A DNA stretch of 64,000 bases from the IMG/VR virus record IMGVR_UViG_3300027996_002186, positions 310,001-374,000 of that record. The stretch is one strand, 5' to 3'. Positions 40,078-50,116 of the stretch are shown here, in pieces. A program made the position numbers and the translations under genes. Every line of letters begins with the position of its first letter. Positions within the stretch are counted from its first letter, which is position 1. The notes beneath the pieces were generated by a model that saw nothing but the letters and a program-made list of their open reading frames with translations, was not told the origin of the DNA and searched no databases.

Positions 40078-41130
40078 ATGGATATTAAATTAGATTGGAA
40101 TGATGTTTCAATAGTGCCTTCTGAATTGAGTTCAATCTCTTCAAGATCAGAGATAAACCCATTAAAAGATGGTAAACTACCATTGTTTACAGCACCAATG
40201 GATACAGTTATTGATGATACAAACATACAACACTTTGTTGGTAATACTAATATTTGTTTACCTCGTCATGTAAAATACAATGTGTTAACTAAAGTATATA
40301 ATTCTAGTTGGATGAATGATGGTTGTGATTCTTTTTTCTTTTCTTATGGATTGGATGAAATAATTGAACTATTTGAAAATGGTTCTAAATTACCACCAAG
40401 AGTTTTGATTGATGTGGCTAACGGTCATATGCAAAAGCTTTATGATATATCTAAGAGAATCAAAGAAAAATTCGGAAATGATATTGAGTTAATGGTTGGT
40501 AATATTGCTAATCCAAATACTTATAGAAAGTACTGTGAAATTGGTGTTGATTATATTAGAGTTGGTATTGGTGGTGGGTCTGCTTGTACTACATCAGCTA
40601 ATGTTTCTATACATTTTCCAATGGCATCTTTAATAGATGAGTGTGCTAAGATAAAATCAGAATTTGATAACCCAACCAAAATAATTGCGGATGGTGGATT
40701 CAGAAACTTTTCAGATATAATTAAAGCTTTGGCAATAGGTGCTGACTACGTTATGTTAGGTGGTATTCTAAATAAATCACTTGAAAGTTGTGGCACTACT
40801 TTTATGAAAGATAAAGATGGTCAATATGAAGAAGTTGATTTTGATACGGCTAATACAGCATTGAAGACGGGTGCGTCTGTTTATAAATATTATAGAGGTA
40901 TGTCAACTAAAGAAGTCCAAAAATCTTGGAATAGAGCTGAATTGAAAACTGGTGAAGGTATAACTAAATATAACTTGGTTGAATATACAATAGATGGTTG
41001 GTGTGAGAATTTCACTGATTACTTAAAGTCAGCTATGTCATATACTGGGTATCGAAGTTTATATGGGTTTGTTGGTGGACCAGAGTTTGTTCAAATAAGT
41101 CCAATGGCATTTAATAGATTCAATAAGTAA
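40078..41130 (+). CDS. guaC: GMP reductase / IMPDH family (no CBS domain)
   Basis: APMDTV, IDVANGH, GNIA, RVGIGGGSACTT, IIADGG, YRGMST. Confidence 0.75.
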   Translation: MDIKLDWNDVSIVPSELSSISSRSEINPLKDGKLPLFTAPMDTVIDDTNIQHFVGNTNICLPRHVKYNVLTKVYNSSWMNDGCDSFFFSYGLDEIIELFENGSKLPPRVLIDVANGHMQKLYDISKRIKEKFGNDIELMVGNIANPNTYRKYCEIGVDYIRVGIGGGSACTTSANVSIHFPMASLIDECAKIKSEFDNPTKIIADGGFRNFSDIIKALAIGADYVMLGGILNKSLESCGTTFMKDKDGQYEEVDFDTANTALKTGASVYKYYRGMSTKEVQKSWNRAELKTGEGITKYNLVEYTIDGWCENFTDYLKSAMSYTGYRSLYGFVGGPEFVQISPMAFNRFNK

Positions 41131-41131
41131 T

Positions 41132-41548
41132 CTACGGTTTTATTATGATATCTTTCATTAGTTTACCCCATTTGAATTGTATCATACCATAACATAATAT
41201 TTTACCATCATATTCATAATCAGGTTCTTTAGCTAAATCATATCTTATATCTGAGTATTTATCTTGTATTCTATTAATACAAGTTTCGATTTCTTTATAT
41301 ATTTCTAAATTTTTTTCGGTGTTTTTTATAAAGTCTGATACTTTACCATGTGCCGTACCGATACTAAATCCAGTTAATTTTTTATTTAATTTGTGTAAAG
41401 TGTTTAGGTCAAAATTAACATAACACTCTTTACCACCACTATATTCAAAATCAGATCCATCATCTATAAAATCAGCAAAAACTAATTTTATATAATCTGA
41501 TACTTCATCATTATCAACAGATTCGTTATATTTATTTAGATGTTTCAT
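41132..41548 (-). CDS. Protein with capsid-targeting-like leader (start reassigned)
   Basis: MKHLNKYNES at 41548; AATATATA at 41553-41560. Confidence 0.6.
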   Translation of the reverse strand: MKHLNKYNESVDNDEVSDYIKLVFADFIDDGSDFEYSGGKECYVNFDLNTLHKLNKKLTGFSIGTAHGKVSDFIKNTEKNLEIYKEIETCINRIQDKYSDIRYDLAKEPDYEYDGKILCYGMIQFKWGKLMKDIIIKP

Positions 41549-41601
41549 AAAGTATATATTAAATCTATTTTTTATATTTCCATATATTAAATTATGGTAA
41601 C

Positions 41602-42381
41602 CTATTTCTTCACCATGTAAAACCACGAACTATTACTCTGCCCTTTGACTTCTTCTTCGACTTCTTTAACTTCTGCTTGTCCTTGTGATATCAAATCAGT
41701 TGCTTGTATCTTAATACCACCGGGGAGCGTGAAATCGTATCTACCAACCATATTACCCAATTGTTGTTTAGCATATCCAACAATATACTTAAAGAATAAA
41801 TCATCTTTATATAAATTTTCTTTGGGTATATCAGCATAAGCTTCCATAATAACATGATATTCAACCGCTGTTAGTATATTAAGTCTATGATTTAATTGGT
41901 TAAAGTGGTATTTAAGTGTATATTTATTTAATTGGTTCATCATATCAGACATCGAATCTAATATAGTCTTATAAACACCTAATTCACCTATTGTGGTAAC
42001 GTAAGATGATAGATATGGTTGATTGGTAACACCTAAATTAACTGATAGGTTCGGAGTGTTTATACCTAATTGAAATAAAGAATCACCTCTAACCTCATAT
42101 AAATAAACAACTGATTGTATCTCACAAGGAACTTGTACAAAGTTATATTTTGTAAATTCTTCTGATGTAAATGCTTCTCTGTTTATAAAGAAATACATTT
42201 TTTGAACAGCGTATTGATAATTACGATAAAACCAAGGAAGTGCTCTTACTTCGATTATTTGTCTAATCGCCGCATCTGGTAATGTTTTCGGAAGTGAACA
42301 TGCAACATTCAATTCAAATTGAACCATATCAATAAGTTCATCTATTGTGTAACCTCCTTGGTAAGGAATATAATCAGCCAT
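41602..42381 (-). CDS. T4 gp13-like neck (head-tail adaptor) protein
   Basis: KY..GYAKQQLG..VGRY..TLPGGIKI...DLISQGQAE pattern. Confidence 0.7.
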   Translation of the reverse strand: MADYIPYQGGYTIDELIDMVQFELNVACSLPKTLPDAAIRQIIEVRALPWFYRNYQYAVQKMYFFINREAFTSEEFTKYNFVQVPCEIQSVVYLYEVRGDSLFQLGINTPNLSVNLGVTNQPYLSSYVTTIGELGVYKTILDSMSDMMNQLNKYTLKYHFNQLNHRLNILTAVEYHVIMEAYADIPKENLYKDDLFFKYIVGYAKQQLGNMVGRYDFTLPGGIKIQATDLISQGQAEVKEVEEEVKGQSNSSWFYMVKK

Positions 42382-42447
42382 AAATATATTTATATTTCTT
42401 TATATATTAATTTGGTGATTTCAGTTATTTTTCATAGTTTTGATATT

Positions 42448-42627
42448 ATGAAAAAGTCCAAAATAATAAAAATCGGGAAAATTACTAGAGACCAACTTCT
42501 TAAATCTGAAAGAAAGATTTCTAGGGAAATTGAATTAGAAAGTTCAACTGGCTGGACTTGTATGCACAAAACTCATAAATCTAAGAAAACTTATACAAGA
42601 AACCCTAAGTATAAAACGGATTATTAA
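42448..42627 (+). CDS. Small basic hypothetical protein (start reassigned)
   Basis: MKKSKII..HKSKKTYTRNPKYK; promoter TTTG(42411-42414)-N20-TAGTTTTG(42435-42442). Confidence 0.55.
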   Translation: MKKSKIIKIGKITRDQLLKSERKISREIELESSTGWTCMHKTHKSKKTYTRNPKYKTDY

Positions 42628-42703
42628 TCAATACCCAATTCGGTTAACTTATTATCACGTTTAATGCAATAGATTCTAATTCCTTAATATCTTTAAATTT
42701 CAT
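42624..42703 (-). pseudogene. Frameshifted mini-ORF with C-terminal tag
   Basis: MKFKDIKELESIAL in one frame and KRDNKLTELGID* in the -1 frame; one base missing in TTAAA. Confidence 0.35.
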
Positions 42704-42712
42704 TCGGTATTC

Positions 42713-42898
42713 TTATCCATTAAATACTTTATTAATTTTATTTTTCCTATTACTTTGTTTAATATCGGTCCAAATATCTGAACGAAAAGTTAATGATTTC
42801 CACTCACCACTTTGAAAAATATAGTTATTTGATTCAATCGTGTTATAATAAATATCTCCTTCTATTGGATTCTCTGGTACTGTTGATAATACCAACAT
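42713..42898 (-). CDS. Mini-protein with fibre-like repeat and C-terminal tag
   Basis: PENPIEGDIYYNT..YIFQSGEW; ends RKNKINKVF. Confidence 0.5.
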   Translation of the reverse strand: MLVLSTVPENPIEGDIYYNTIESNNYIFQSGEWKSLTFRSDIWTDIKQSNRKNKINKVFNG

Positions 42899-43989
42899 TA
42901 AGCTTCAAAATTCTTAGATCTCTTTAGTTTTTCAAGTATATACTTTTCATCCATTGAAATCTTCGTTGGTATTCTAATATTAACAACTACGAATAAATCA
43001 CCCAATCCTAAATTAACATCAGGTATACCTTTTCCAGAAACTCTTATAGTTCTTCCGTGAGGTGTTCCTTCATCGATAGTAATTGGTAATTCACCGTGTG
43101 GTGTTTTAACTTTAAGATGTGCTCCTAAGATAGCATCTATAACGGATACTTCTTTCTCAACAATTAAATTATTACTATCTCTTTTGAAATAGAATTCTCT
43201 GAGTTCATCTATCATAATATGTAAATCCCCAGGAACACCATCTCTTACATGATTACCATAACTTCTCATATTAAGTTGCATACCGGCAGAAACACCAGCC
43301 GGGATATCTACCTCAACAACTTCATCTTTAACACTTGTACCACTTCCGTGACAAACACCACATTTATTACTGATTTGTTTACCACCGCCTTGACAATCTG
43401 GACAAGTTGCTTGTTGTCTAACTTGTCCGAATGGTGTCTGTTGTAAAACCACTCTACTTCCTCTACCACCACAAGGAATACAATCTTTAACACCAGATCC
43501 TCCTTTACCAGAACAACTATTACAAGAATCCTGTCTCTTATATTTTATCTTCTTAGTAGTACCATTTAAGACATCCTCAATCGACAATGTAACTTTTATT
43601 CTTAAATCAGATCCTCTATTTTTCCTTCTTTGTTTTGGTCCGCCGAATTGTCCGCCGCTTCCGAAAATATCACCAAATTGACTAAAAATATCTTCCATAT
43701 TAAATCCATGACCATATTGACCACCGTCACCTCCTCCACCATTGGAGAATGGATTACCTTGTCCAAATGGACTACCACCTGGTCCATATCTATCATAACT
43801 TTCTCTCTTTTCTTTAGATGAGAGTGTATCATATGCTTCTGCTGCTTCTTTGAATTTAGATTCAGACTCAGCATTTCCTGGGTTTTTATCTGGGTGATGT
43901 TTCATCGCCATTTTGCGATAAGCTCTCTTAATCTGATCCTCAGATGCCGTCTTATCTACTCCTAGTGTGTTGTAATAATCTTTTGCCAT
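42898..43989 (-). CDS. dnaJ: DnaJ co-chaperone
   Basis: J-domain HPD, G/F-rich region, four CxxCxGxG zinc repeats. Confidence 0.95.
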   Translation of the reverse strand: MAKDYYNTLGVDKTASEDQIKRAYRKMAMKHHPDKNPGNAESESKFKEAAEAYDTLSSKEKRESYDRYGPGGSPFGQGNPFSNGGGGDGGQYGHGFNMEDIFSQFGDIFGSGGQFGGPKQRRKNRGSDLRIKVTLSIEDVLNGTTKKIKYKRQDSCNSCSGKGGSGVKDCIPCGGRGSRVVLQQTPFGQVRQQATCPDCQGGGKQISNKCGVCHGSGTSVKDEVVEVDIPAGVSAGMQLNMRSYGNHVRDGVPGDLHIMIDELREFYFKRDSNNLIVEKEVSVIDAILGAHLKVKTPHGELPITIDEGTPHGRTIRVSGKGIPDVNLGLGDLFVVVNIRIPTKISMDEKYILEKLKRSKNFEA

Positions 43990-43992
43990 AAC

Positions 43993-44355
43993 TTATGCTA
44001 ATATCTTTGTTAGTTTAATATCTCTATATATTTGTTTGGTGCTATCCGTTAGTCTTATTTCTGTGTATTTACTATATTGTATAATAAATTGATCAACTCC
44101 GTTCTCTTTACTTATCCTATAATTCATAACAGGCATTTCCTCAATTATTTCCGCAAATACTGTTTCTATTTGAGATATTTTCAATTCTCCACTCACAACA
44201 TCAGTTAATCTATTACAAAAATAATCCATTAGTGGTGTTGCTGTTTCCACAACTTTTTTTAGAAATTTTTCACTATTATATCCACGGTTGACGCCAATTG
44301 GAATTCTACTTATCCCTAATCCTGGATTGGATATAACATACCAATCTACTATCAT
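43993..44355 (-). CDS. Hypothetical protein with C-terminal tag
   Basis: Ends RDIKLTKIL. Confidence 0.55.
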   Translation of the reverse strand: MIVDWYVISNPGLGISRIPIGVNRGYNSEKFLKKVVETATPLMDYFCNRLTDVVSGELKISQIETVFAEIIEEMPVMNYRISKENGVDQFIIQYSKYTEIRLTDSTKQIYRDIKLTKILA

Positions 44356-44909
44356 TTTGTTAAAAAATTTAATTTCTTTTCTCTTCTAATTCTTATTATT
44401 TCACCTTCTATATCATACGATTCTAAAACGTTATTAACTAATTTAGCAACGTAGTTATCAACTATTAATGATATGTTTTCAGCGGTTCTATCAAGATATT
44501 TCAATTTATCTAATATTCCCTTTGATGATATCAACATTTCAACTAAATACTCATTGAATTCATCAATATCAAACATAATTTGAAATAATTCTAATCTCTT
44601 ACCATCGTCATGTTCACCTTGGAATATAGGAGGAGGCTTCAAAAATATTTTATGTAAAACTTTAGCAACTGCTGGTAAAACTAAATCAAGTGTATCATCT
44701 TCTCCTTCATAGAAACTACCCTCTAAATCTTCTCTATCGAAAATACTAGTATCATCAATAACTTGGTTTAGTATCTTAATAAATTCAGGTTTTAGTTTTT
44801 CATCAACTCTATTTGATAACTCACCAACTATATACTGTCTGTACTTTATATTAGACTTGATATCAAATAATGTAACTTTAACTTTATCCTTTCTTGTTTG
44901 GTTTGACAT
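44352..44909 (-). CDS. Hypothetical protein with C-terminal tag
   Basis: Ends RREKKLNFL. Confidence 0.55.
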   Translation of the reverse strand: MSNQTRKDKVKVTLFDIKSNIKYRQYIVGELSNRVDEKLKPEFIKILNQVIDDTSIFDREDLEGSFYEGEDDTLDLVLPAVAKVLHKIFLKPPPIFQGEHDDGKRLELFQIMFDIDEFNEYLVEMLISSKGILDKLKYLDRTAENISLIVDNYVAKLVNNVLESYDIEGEIIRIRREKKLNFLTK

Positions 44910-45412
44910 TATTTACCCAATATTATTTTAGGATATCTAAATGGTTTACCATTTAGTGTATATCCCTTACTAATTACATCAATTATTTTAGATTCACCAA
45001 TATCAACAACACTTATAGGTTCGTGTAATTCACTATCATAAGTCTCTGTTTGTATCGATTCTATACCTTGTGATTTCAAGAAACTATTAACCTTAGAAGA
45101 TATTAGAGATACTCCTTCTTTGGCTTCTTCGTTAGTTATAGATTTCAACGCAAGTGATATATCACTATCCATATCAAGTATAGAACTAAGCATTTTAACC
45201 TTAGTATTATTTACTAATTCTTCCTTTTCCTTATAAGTTCTCTTTTTATAATTATCAAATTCAGCAGCTAATCTAAGATTAGCGTTGTTTTTATATTCTT
45301 CTAATAGCTCATTTAATGATACTTCACCAGCATCATCATGTATAATCTTAAATGATTCTTTATCTTCCGCTAATAGTTTCTTATCTCTCAAAAATTCTAT
45401 TGTTTCTTCCAT
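44909..45412 (-). CDS. grpE: GrpE nucleotide exchange factor (start reassigned to MEETI)
   Basis: LRLAAEFDNYKKRT, YD.ELHE.I, KGY.LNGK..RYPK. Confidence 0.9.
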   Translation of the reverse strand: MEETIEFLRDKKLLAEDKESFKIIHDDAGEVSLNELLEEYKNNANLRLAAEFDNYKKRTYKEKEELVNNTKVKMLSSILDMDSDISLALKSITNEEAKEGVSLISSKVNSFLKSQGIESIQTETYDSELHEPISVVDIGESKIIDVISKGYTLNGKPFRYPKIILGK

Positions 45413-45413
45413 C

Positions 45414-45899
45414 TTAATAATTAAATTTAAGCATTTTTCTAATATGATTGGAGTTATATAATTCATAAGTGATGTTCTTATCAACAATCTTATGTATCTC
45501 TAATTTCGCTAATTTTGTTTTAAATACCTCGATATAATCAACTAAATCCTTTAAAGAATTTGTCCAATTAATAGATGGTTCCCAATAATCAGGAAATTTA
45601 TCTAAGAACTTATCAACAGTATTATCAAATGCTTTTCTACTTGTTAGTAGTAAGGTACCCTCTTTCTTTGTTTTGTTTGCTAAAAACTCAGCTACATGAG
45701 TATTGAATTTGTGTATAAGGTTATCGGTTTCGATAACTTTTAATAATCCAATAATTAAAGCATCTCTTTCTGTTATTTCCATTTCTTCGTTACTCTCAAG
45801 TAATTTTTGTCCTTCTTTGTCTGATCCAAGTATGTAATATACATACGAGTCCCACACACACCTACGAATTAGGTCCTCTGCGCATAAAGTAATTTTCAT
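45414..45899 (-). CDS. Hypothetical protein
   Basis: 161-aa ORF upstream of grpE. Confidence 0.55.
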   Translation of the reverse strand: MKITLCAEDLIRRCVWDSYVYYILGSDKEGQKLLESNEEMEITERDALIIGLLKVIETDNLIHKFNTHVAEFLANKTKKEGTLLLTSRKAFDNTVDKFLDKFPDYWEPSINWTNSLKDLVDYIEVFKTKLAKLEIHKIVDKNITYELYNSNHIRKMLKFNY

Positions 45900-46085
45900 A
45901 TTTAATATCTAATTTATTATTATACACAAAATAAAAACAAAGTTTATGCAAAAACAACTAACACTAAAGTAGATCACATCTAAAATTTCGACCTTGTTAA
46001 AGGTATAAATAAATTTTTCTCAAATATTCAAATAAATTTTTTTATTTTAATTATATTATATATATTTGCAAATAAATAAATTAAA

Positions 46086-46301
46086 ATGGAATTAGAAGAA
46101 AAATTAGAATTAAACAAACTTATAAGAAAGTATGATGGTGAAAACTCATTTATACTTTCTTTACAGAAATCATTAAAAACATCTAAGTATTTGGATAAAG
46201 TTATGGTAGGGAAAAAGACTCTTAAAGTATTAAGTGATAAACAATATCAAGCGGCTAAAACAACATTTGTGATAATCTTTAACCCAGATATTGATATTTA
46301 A
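46086..46301 (+). CDS. Small hypothetical protein
   Basis: TATATTTG at 46061-46068 upstream. Confidence 0.5.
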   Translation: MELEEKLELNKLIRKYDGENSFILSLQKSLKTSKYLDKVMVGKKTLKVLSDKQYQAAKTTFVIIFNPDIDI

Positions 46302-46303
46302 AG

Positions 46304-46495
46304 ATGATAGGTATTAAAATGTTGGTGGATGTGAAAACACTATTTGGGGTTGTGTTAAAGAATAACACTTACCGTATTGGTAAATTTACATTTGGTGTCG
46401 TTAATAAACTCAACAAGAATGGATCATTTACAACAAAACATGGTAGTAAATCAATTACATTCTCACCAAATCAATTTAAACAAATAATAATATAG
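46304..46495 (+). CDS. Small hypothetical protein
   Basis: 63-aa ORF in tandem. Confidence 0.4.
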   Translation: MIGIKMLVDVKTLFGVVLKNNTYRIGKFTFGVVNKLNKNGSFTTKHGSKSITFSPNQFKQIII

Positions 46496-46562
46496 TAATT
46501 ATTGTTTATTTTGTAATAAATTCCTTATATTTGTTTATTATTAAACCACTAAAGAAAAAGAT

Positions 46563-46976
46563 ATGATTACAGACAGCAAAATTGACAAAGTACAGAATAG
46601 AATCAAAGCAGCAATAGCTAAAATTGAGAAAGAAGAAAATGTGAAAATATCTTTCGGTAATATTAGATATAATAGTGCATACTATACCTCACAACTAAAA
46701 GTATCAACCACAGAAAAGAGTAACAAAGTTACTAATGTATATGAGGGTATCTGTAAGAGATTAGGATTTACTCAGAACATAATTGGTATGAAATTCATGT
46801 CTGGTAAAATTTTAATGGAAATTGTTGATATAAAAACCAGAAATAGAAAATATCCTATCTTAACTACTGGTAGTAATGGTAAAAGCTATAAACACACAGT
46901 TGGTCAAGTTAAAACATTAATCGGCGGTGATAAAATCATCAATAGAAATGCTAATTTAGATAAAATACTAAGTTAG
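46563..46976 (+). CDS. Hypothetical protein with C-terminal tag
   Basis: TATATTTG at 46526-46533; ends RNANLDKIL. Confidence 0.6.
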   Translation: MITDSKIDKVQNRIKAAIAKIEKEENVKISFGNIRYNSAYYTSQLKVSTTEKSNKVTNVYEGICKRLGFTQNIIGMKFMSGKILMEIVDIKTRNRKYPILTTGSNGKSYKHTVGQVKTLIGGDKIINRNANLDKILS

Positions 46977-47062
46977 AATTATAAATATTTATGATATGCT
47001 AGACCGTATTCAATTATATATAATGACAGCAAAAACAGTGAAAAAATAAAAGATATAGTAAT

Positions 47063-47599
47063 ATGAATATAGTAATAATGGGACCACCCGGTGCGGGTAA
47101 AGGAACTATCTGTGAAAAACTAACTAAAGATTATAATTATAAATTGATTTCTGCTGGAGATTTACTCAGAGAAGAGAAATCGTCTGGTAGTGAATTAGGT
47201 AATGAAATTGCCTCTATCATAGACAAAGGCAATTTAGTCCCTGATGGGATGATAACCACTATAATATTAAGTGAGTTGGATGATAATGAAGATGATTCAT
47301 TTTTAGTTGATGGTTACCCAAGAACAATAAGACAAGGAAATAGCCTAGATAATATGATGGATGTTTCAAAGGTTATTTGGTTAAATGTTAGTGAAGAAAC
47401 AACTATTAAAAGAAATTTAAATAGAGGTAAAACTTCAAATAGACCAGATGATGCAAATGAAGAAGTTATAAAAGAAAGAATAAAAAATTACAATGAAACA
47501 TCCGCACCCTTAAAAGATTTCTATAAGGAGAGGATAATTGAAATTGATGGAGAAGGAACACCTGATGAAGTTTATGAATTAATTAAAAATAAGATTTAA
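47063..47599 (+). CDS. adk: Adenylate kinase (short LID)
   Basis: GPPGAGKG, GDLLR, LVPD, DGYPR, RPDD. Confidence 0.92.
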   Translation: MNIVIMGPPGAGKGTICEKLTKDYNYKLISAGDLLREEKSSGSELGNEIASIIDKGNLVPDGMITTIILSELDDNEDDSFLVDGYPRTIRQGNSLDNMMDVSKVIWLNVSEETTIKRNLNRGKTSNRPDDANEEVIKERIKNYNETSAPLKDFYKERIIEIDGEGTPDEVYELIKNKI

Positions 47600-47606
47600 A
47601 TAATAT

Positions 47607-48086
47607 ATGAGTTTTTTGGAAATGACTGTTCCAAGTCCGGGTGAATCTATTAGTGAAGTTGAAATTTCCACTTGGTTAGTATCAGATGGTGATTATGTTA
47701 AGAAAGACCAATCAATCGCAGAAGTAGATTCAGACAAAGCAACTTTAGAATTACCAGCAGAAGAATCTGGTATTATTAAGATAAAGGTTGAAGAAGGTCA
47801 GTCGGTAAGAATTGGGGAGGTGGTTTGTTTGATAGACTTATCAACATCCGAAAAAAATAAAACAGTCGTAAAGAAGAAAGAAGAAGGTAGATTAGAAGTC
47901 GGAAGACAATTAAATATAGAATATAAAATAGGAGATATTGTTAGATGGTGTTGGTCAGAACAACACAGAAGCACTTACTTCATTATCAGTATAGATAATA
48001 AGGGAGTTATGTTGAAACAGAATTTTGGAATGGGACAAACGCTAACAGGTAAAATACACATATCAGAAATTGAATTGGACTATTAA
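47607..48086 (+). CDS. Lipoyl-domain (SucB/E2-like) fused to an unrelated beta domain
   Basis: VPSPGESISEVEI..W...GD.V.KDQ.IAEVDSDKATLELPAE with lipoyl-Lys DKA; no E2 catalytic domain. Confidence 0.8.
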   Translation: MSFLEMTVPSPGESISEVEISTWLVSDGDYVKKDQSIAEVDSDKATLELPAEESGIIKIKVEEGQSVRIGEVVCLIDLSTSEKNKTVVKKKEEGRLEVGRQLNIEYKIGDIVRWCWSEQHRSTYFIISIDNKGVMLKQNFGMGQTLTGKIHISEIELDY

Positions 48087-48128
48087 AAGAACAAACCAGA
48101 TTATATCTGGTTTTTTTATATATAAAAA

Positions 48129-49394
48129 ATGAAGAAATTGTCAAAATATTTAGAATTTATAAATGAAAGCTCAGATTACAAGGGTTATTCAATTCCTTCT
48201 TATAAGGAAGCTGTTGAGTTATGCTCAAAAAATGCTGCTTTTTATGAATCTAAAATGATTGTTGATGGATTTAATGTATCTGTATTCAATTACAGACTAA
48301 CAAGTTATAAGGATTTTGCTAACCCTCTTGATCACAAACCAGAATTAAAAGGTTATGAAATGAGGGGGTTAACATTCATTTTTAATGAAGATGGTACATT
48401 ATTCAATAGATATGTGTTGCTTGAAAAATTCTTTAATATAAATCAAGTTCCGGAATCAATGTATTCCATTGTTAAGGATTATAAAATAAAATATGTTAAT
48501 AATAAAGAAGATGGTTCAATAGCGACATTCGTGAAATTACCAAATGGTAAAATTGTTGGTAAATCTAAAATGGGGTTTGATAATGACCAATCAAATGGTA
48601 TTAATAGAATATATCAAAATGATACTGAAATAAAGACATTAGTTAACTGGTGTTTAGATAATGATATAATACCTATATTTGAATATGTCGCTCCTCATAA
48701 TAGAATTGTATTGAGATATACACAAGAGGAATTGATACTTTTAAGATTAAGAGATAATAAAACCGGTAAACATATCGATATACAAGACCACTTAGATAAG
48801 ATTGGTTCGACTAAGATTGCTCCATTCGAAGATGATCACCAAGGTAACTTGGATAAGTTAATTGAATTGGTTGCTAATCAAGTTGATAAAGAGGGATGTG
48901 TTGTACAAGCTGAGGATAGTGAAGGTAGAGATTTCTTCTTCAAATTAAAGACTCCTTGGTATTGTGAGCGTCATGGTTTATTAACTAATGATATTTACAG
49001 AGAACACATTATAATAGGATATATCTTAGATGATAAGATTGATGATATTCTTAGTCAAATACCAGAGGATGAAGTTGAAGCACATACAAGAATAAATAAG
49101 ATTATTGTAATAGTTAAGAGAGCTATAGATGATAAGATGGAAGATATCAAGAAGTCATATCAGGTATTTCTTGATATGGGGGAAGACAGAAAAGAGTATG
49201 CTCTTACACATATGAAGGCAGAACCTAACTTCTGTTATGTTATGAATTTAGCAAACGGTAAAGATCTTTATGATATAGCTAAAGAGCACGTAAGAGATAA
49301 GACTAAGAGGTTGATGATATCAAGAGATTGGTTACAGAAAATAGACCCAACACTTTTCTTCCAAGACCCGGAAGAAGATGAAGAGAATAATTAA
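48129..49394 (+). CDS. rnl1: T4 Rnl1-family RNA ligase
   Basis: LEKFFN, KEDGS (motif I), EY..P.NRIV, EGCV, FKLKTPWY; leader MKKLSKYLEFINES. Confidence 0.85.
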   Translation: MKKLSKYLEFINESSDYKGYSIPSYKEAVELCSKNAAFYESKMIVDGFNVSVFNYRLTSYKDFANPLDHKPELKGYEMRGLTFIFNEDGTLFNRYVLLEKFFNINQVPESMYSIVKDYKIKYVNNKEDGSIATFVKLPNGKIVGKSKMGFDNDQSNGINRIYQNDTEIKTLVNWCLDNDIIPIFEYVAPHNRIVLRYTQEELILLRLRDNKTGKHIDIQDHLDKIGSTKIAPFEDDHQGNLDKLIELVANQVDKEGCVVQAEDSEGRDFFFKLKTPWYCERHGLLTNDIYREHIIIGYILDDKIDDILSQIPEDEVEAHTRINKIIVIVKRAIDDKMEDIKKSYQVFLDMGEDRKEYALTHMKAEPNFCYVMNLANGKDLYDIAKEHVRDKTKRLMISRDWLQKIDPTLFFQDPEEDEENN

Positions 49395-49432
49395 AGAGAG
49401 TTTTTAACTCTCTTTTTTTATATATACTATTA

Positions 49433-50116
49433 ATGGAATATCTACAAACATATAAACTATTTGAAAGTGATTCTTCAATGCCGGAATTATCCGAACAAGA
49501 ATTAAAAGATGATGAACTTTATAGTTATATAGGTGATATATGTCAAGAATTAAAAGATGATGGGTTAGAAGTTAGAATAAAAATAAGTGATTGTTCTAAA
49601 GTAGGTAATATGTTATGTGATGATGTGGTTTCTATCTGGACAAACGTTCCATCATCAATTGATATATCTAATAGGATTAATGATATTATTGAATATAGCG
49701 AGATAAAGGAAACCTATGATAGATTGATTGAGTATTTTGCATCAAAGGGGTATGATAATTATGAATTGAAAAGATTTAATTTTGAAGATGGTTCTATTTA
49801 TTTGGATTTTGATGGTGATGAGAATAAAAAATCAGAATCATTTAAGATAGAATTTTACAAATCAGTTAATCATATAATAGAATCTAAAACGACATCTAAA
49901 TTAAAATTTAACAAACAATCTAGAAAGAAAGGTGCTAAGACTGATGTTTATAACGTAGTTAAGAATGGTACTACAATAGGTCAAGTTAAATGGTATAGTA
50001 GATTACGTGGTTATGGTTTCTTGCCACCTACTGGCGATGAAGCAGAAGTAAAGGAATTTGTTAAAGAAGTTTCTAGACTACGTAGAGAAGAAATGAAAAA
50101 GAACAAAAAGAAGTAA
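49433..50116 (+). CDS. Putative virion internal protein
   Basis: MEYLQTYKLFES leader; DICQELKDDG module; TATATATA at 49419-49426. Confidence 0.55.
   Translation: MEYLQTYKLFESDSSMPELSEQELKDDELYSYIGDICQELKDDGLEVRIKISDCSKVGNMLCDDVVSIWTNVPSSIDISNRINDIIEYSEIKETYDRLIEYFASKGYDNYELKRFNFEDGSIYLDFDGDENKKSESFKIEFYKSVNHIIESKTTSKLKFNKQSRKKGAKTDVYNVVKNGTTIGQVKWYSRLRGYGFLPPTGDEAEVKEFVKEVSRLRREEMKKNKKK

Noticed and set aside
42660-42666. Programmed -1 frameshift signal in the 42624..42703 mini-ORF
   Set aside because: The heptamer is A-TTA-AAC rather than X-XXY-YYZ, and no stimulatory structure is evident.
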